Part shown: positions 30,843-32,885 of the stretch, piece by piece
Position numbering within the stretch: the first letter of the stretch is position 1
How the letters are laid out: each line of letters begins with the position of its first letter
From: a virus
Lineage: Duplodnaviria > Caudoviricetes
Strand: one strand, 5' to 3'
Length of the DNA stretch: 32,885 bases
IMG/VR virus record: IMGVR_UViG_3300048895_000065
Span: 1-32,885 of that record
Program-made: the position numbers and the translations under genes
The notes under the pieces: generated by a model
The model's input: only the letters and a program-made list of their open reading frames with translations
Databases searched by the model: none
Told to the model about the DNA's origin: nothing

Positions 30843-32408
30843 CGTTCGGCGGCTGGTTTTGAAGGACGAGAACGTGCGGCTGCGTCCTTGCGGTCGTGAG
30901 CGGATCCAGTTGACGGCCTGCGTGAACGAGTCGACGTCGTCGTCGTTGCGGCCGTTCGGGAACACGGCGCAACTGTTGATGAAGTCAACGATGTCCGCCG
31001 AACACCTGGATTCGTCGGGCATGGAGAACTCGTCTGCTCCCATCCGGTATCCGGGCAGGTAGCAGTTGCCGGACTCGAGGTCTGAGGAGGCGGCTTCGGC
31101 GCGGAGCACCTTGTCGCCCTCCCGCGCATGCGACAGTTTCGTCACGCCGCCGAGGAGCGGTTTCAGTTCTGTCACCAGCTCGTCGCCGTAGCCTGCGGAC
31201 TCGATGAGGATGTGGTGGCCGCAGTGAGGGAACATCTGCCTGACGTGCCGTGCCTGTTCGATGATCGCCCGCTTCGCCTGCGAGAACGACATGTTGCCCT
31301 TCCGCAAGTCGATTAGGTATTTGTCTGCTCCGGCTACCGCCCAGGCTTGGATCGCGATGAGGTCGTTCGACTGCTTGTCCTTCAGCGGCGCATCCACGGA
31401 CTGGACGACGAGGCGGAATTTGGGCTGGCGGTCTTTGAGGGTGGGGTCGGTGAAGAGTTTGGGGTCGTAGAAGCGCCACCAGTACCGTTTCAGGATCTCG
31501 CCCTCCCGCGCGCTGGGGCGCTGTTGCATCTGCGCGGACGCTCGATGGGATCCGAGGCTGCGGGCCATGGCGTCTGATTGTTTCGCGCCGCGCCTCTCCT
31601 CCCACAACAGTTGTCCTTCCTTGCGGGGGTCTTTCGGGAAGCGGTGCGGGTGGTCGTGCTCGAAGCGTTCGGGCAAACACAGGACTTCCCATTCGCCGGG
31701 GAACATCTCCAGGGCGTGGGCGGCGACGTCGTTTTCGTGCAAACGCTGCATGATGATGATCTCGGCGGAGTTGATTGGGTCCTCTTTGGAGCCTTGGACG
31801 GCTCCTCCGTACCAGTCGTTCGTGCCCTCGAGGACGACGCGGCTGGTGGCGTCGGCTGCGGCGAAGTTGATCGGGTCATCAATGATGATGCGGGAGCCGT
31901 GAACGCCCAGAGCAGTGGATCCGGGTGCGGTCGCCAAGCGTTTGCCGCCGTGGTCGTTCGAGTAGAACCGCTCCCCGATCTTCAGCATCTCGAACAGATG
32001 GCCCCACCGCGCCTGGAACCACGGCGACTGAAGCAGCGTCAGCGACTTGCCGACGTGCTGTTGCGCGAGGAACAGGTCGTAGGAGGCCGACCAGTACGTC
32101 AACCCCGGATTCTTGGTCCATTCCCACACCGGCCAGAACGTGCTGACGCACAGGGATTTCATCATGGCGCGGGGGATCCAGACTTGCAGCCGTTTAATCT
32201 CGCCGCGCGAGACGGCTTCCAAATGGTCGCAGATGGCGTCGATGTGCCAGTTCGACTTCATCGTCTGCGCCGGCAACAGAACCCTCCACGCCTCATTGAT
32301 GAACAACCGAAGGCTGTCAGCCAACTCCTGTGCGTCCGCGATTTGCTGGCGTCGGGCGAGCTCCGCGTCGATGACGGCGAGTTTCGCTTCGTCCTCTGCG
32401 ATGCTCAT
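30840..32408 (-). CDS. terL: terminase large subunit
   Basis: NWH...IC.HLE, PR.MMKS (Walker A-like), IIIDDP (Walker B), IMQRLHEND, QQRP, and nuclease acidic motifs QSVD and DDDVDS. Confidence 0.93.
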   Translation of the reverse strand: MSIAEDEAKLAVIDAELARRQQIADAQELADSLRLFINEAWRVLLPAQTMKSNWHIDAICDHLEAVSRGEIKRLQVWIPRAMMKSLCVSTFWPVWEWTKNPGLTYWSASYDLFLAQQHVGKSLTLLQSPWFQARWGHLFEMLKIGERFYSNDHGGKRLATAPGSTALGVHGSRIIIDDPINFAAADATSRVVLEGTNDWYGGAVQGSKEDPINSAEIIIMQRLHENDVAAHALEMFPGEWEVLCLPERFEHDHPHRFPKDPRKEGQLLWEERRGAKQSDAMARSLGSHRASAQMQQRPSAREGEILKRYWWRFYDPKLFTDPTLKDRQPKFRLVVQSVDAPLKDKQSNDLIAIQAWAVAGADKYLIDLRKGNMSFSQAKRAIIEQARHVRQMFPHCGHHILIESAGYGDELVTELKPLLGGVTKLSHAREGDKVLRAEAASSDLESGNCYLPGYRMGADEFSMPDESRCSADIVDFINSCAVFPNGRNDDDVDSFTQAVNWIRSRPQGRSRTFSSFKTSRRT

Positions 32409-32885
32409 ACTGCAGCTTTGGCGGATTCGGCTATCGAGATCAGCACATCACGGAACTCAATCGGCGTTTTGAGCGGCTCTGCGACACGACCTCTCCCCAT
32501 CGCCTGTCCGCTGTGGACGCCCGCGCCGATGACGTGTTCTCCGCGGGGATCTCCGGTCAGGAGCTCGGGAAGGTCGGTGTCAACCGCGTACAGCCATGTT
32601 CGCTTTCGTGCTTTGTGCCCGTAGGCGCTCTGCGACACCTCGATCGAGTATCCAGCGTCATCCATTGACGATGTCCATCCTCCCCGTGAGACGGGGCGAG
32701 GAAGACCGAAGTGGGTCCACGCGAGCGAGTAGGCGGGATGTTCTAGGACTCCTCCCCACTGGCGAACGGAGGCGAGTGCCGCCTGGAAGCAGCCTTCGTC
32801 GTCTCCGATCATCGCCCCCCAGCGTTTCTGGTTGACGGAGGCGAGCATCCCCCACCGTCCGCACGGAGGATGCGCAACGACAGGG
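32405..32885 (-). CDS. cytosine-methyltransferase-like protein (5' end outside the window)
   Basis: The frame stays open to the window edge and reads PVVAHPPCGRWG (PC motif), GVLEHPA, RKRTWLY, TP.EF. Confidence 0.6.
   Translation of the reverse strand, partial: PVVAHPPCGRWGMLASVNQKRWGAMIGDDEGCFQAALASVRQWGGVLEHPAYSLAWTHFGLPRPVSRGGWTSSMDDAGYSIEVSQSAYGHKARKRTWLYAVDTDLPELLTGDPRGEHVIGAGVHSGQAMGRGRVAEPLKTPIEFRDVLISIAESAKAAV

Overview
This window is the complete late (morphogenesis and lysis) region of a GC-rich tailed phage or prophage, probably a siphovirus of an actinobacterium. All credible genes are on the minus strand and tightly coupled. Reading right to left: partial cytosine-methyltransferase-like gene, large terminase, a glycosyltransferase/methyltransferase block, SAP and DUF1360-like genes, HNH, portal, a block with a 670-aa Gly-X-Thr collagen-like fibre and small beta-rich proteins, further methyl/glycosyltransferases, maturation protease, two capsid proteins (hexamer/pentamer type), major tail, neck proteins, tail chaperones, tape measure, Dit, tail-tip proteins, a second GXT collagen fibre, NlpC/P60 endolysin and holin-like genes. 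The leading candidate for a new system is a virion glycan coat: six glycosyltransferase-like and three small SAM methyltransferase genes interleaved with the head genes, next to Thr-rich collagen fibres resembling spore BclA. Also notable is an apparently split Tal/hub gene carrying two beta-propellers across an in-frame TAG-ATG junction. All calls rest on motif recognition and synteny; no searches were run, and many starts were re-picked by eye.
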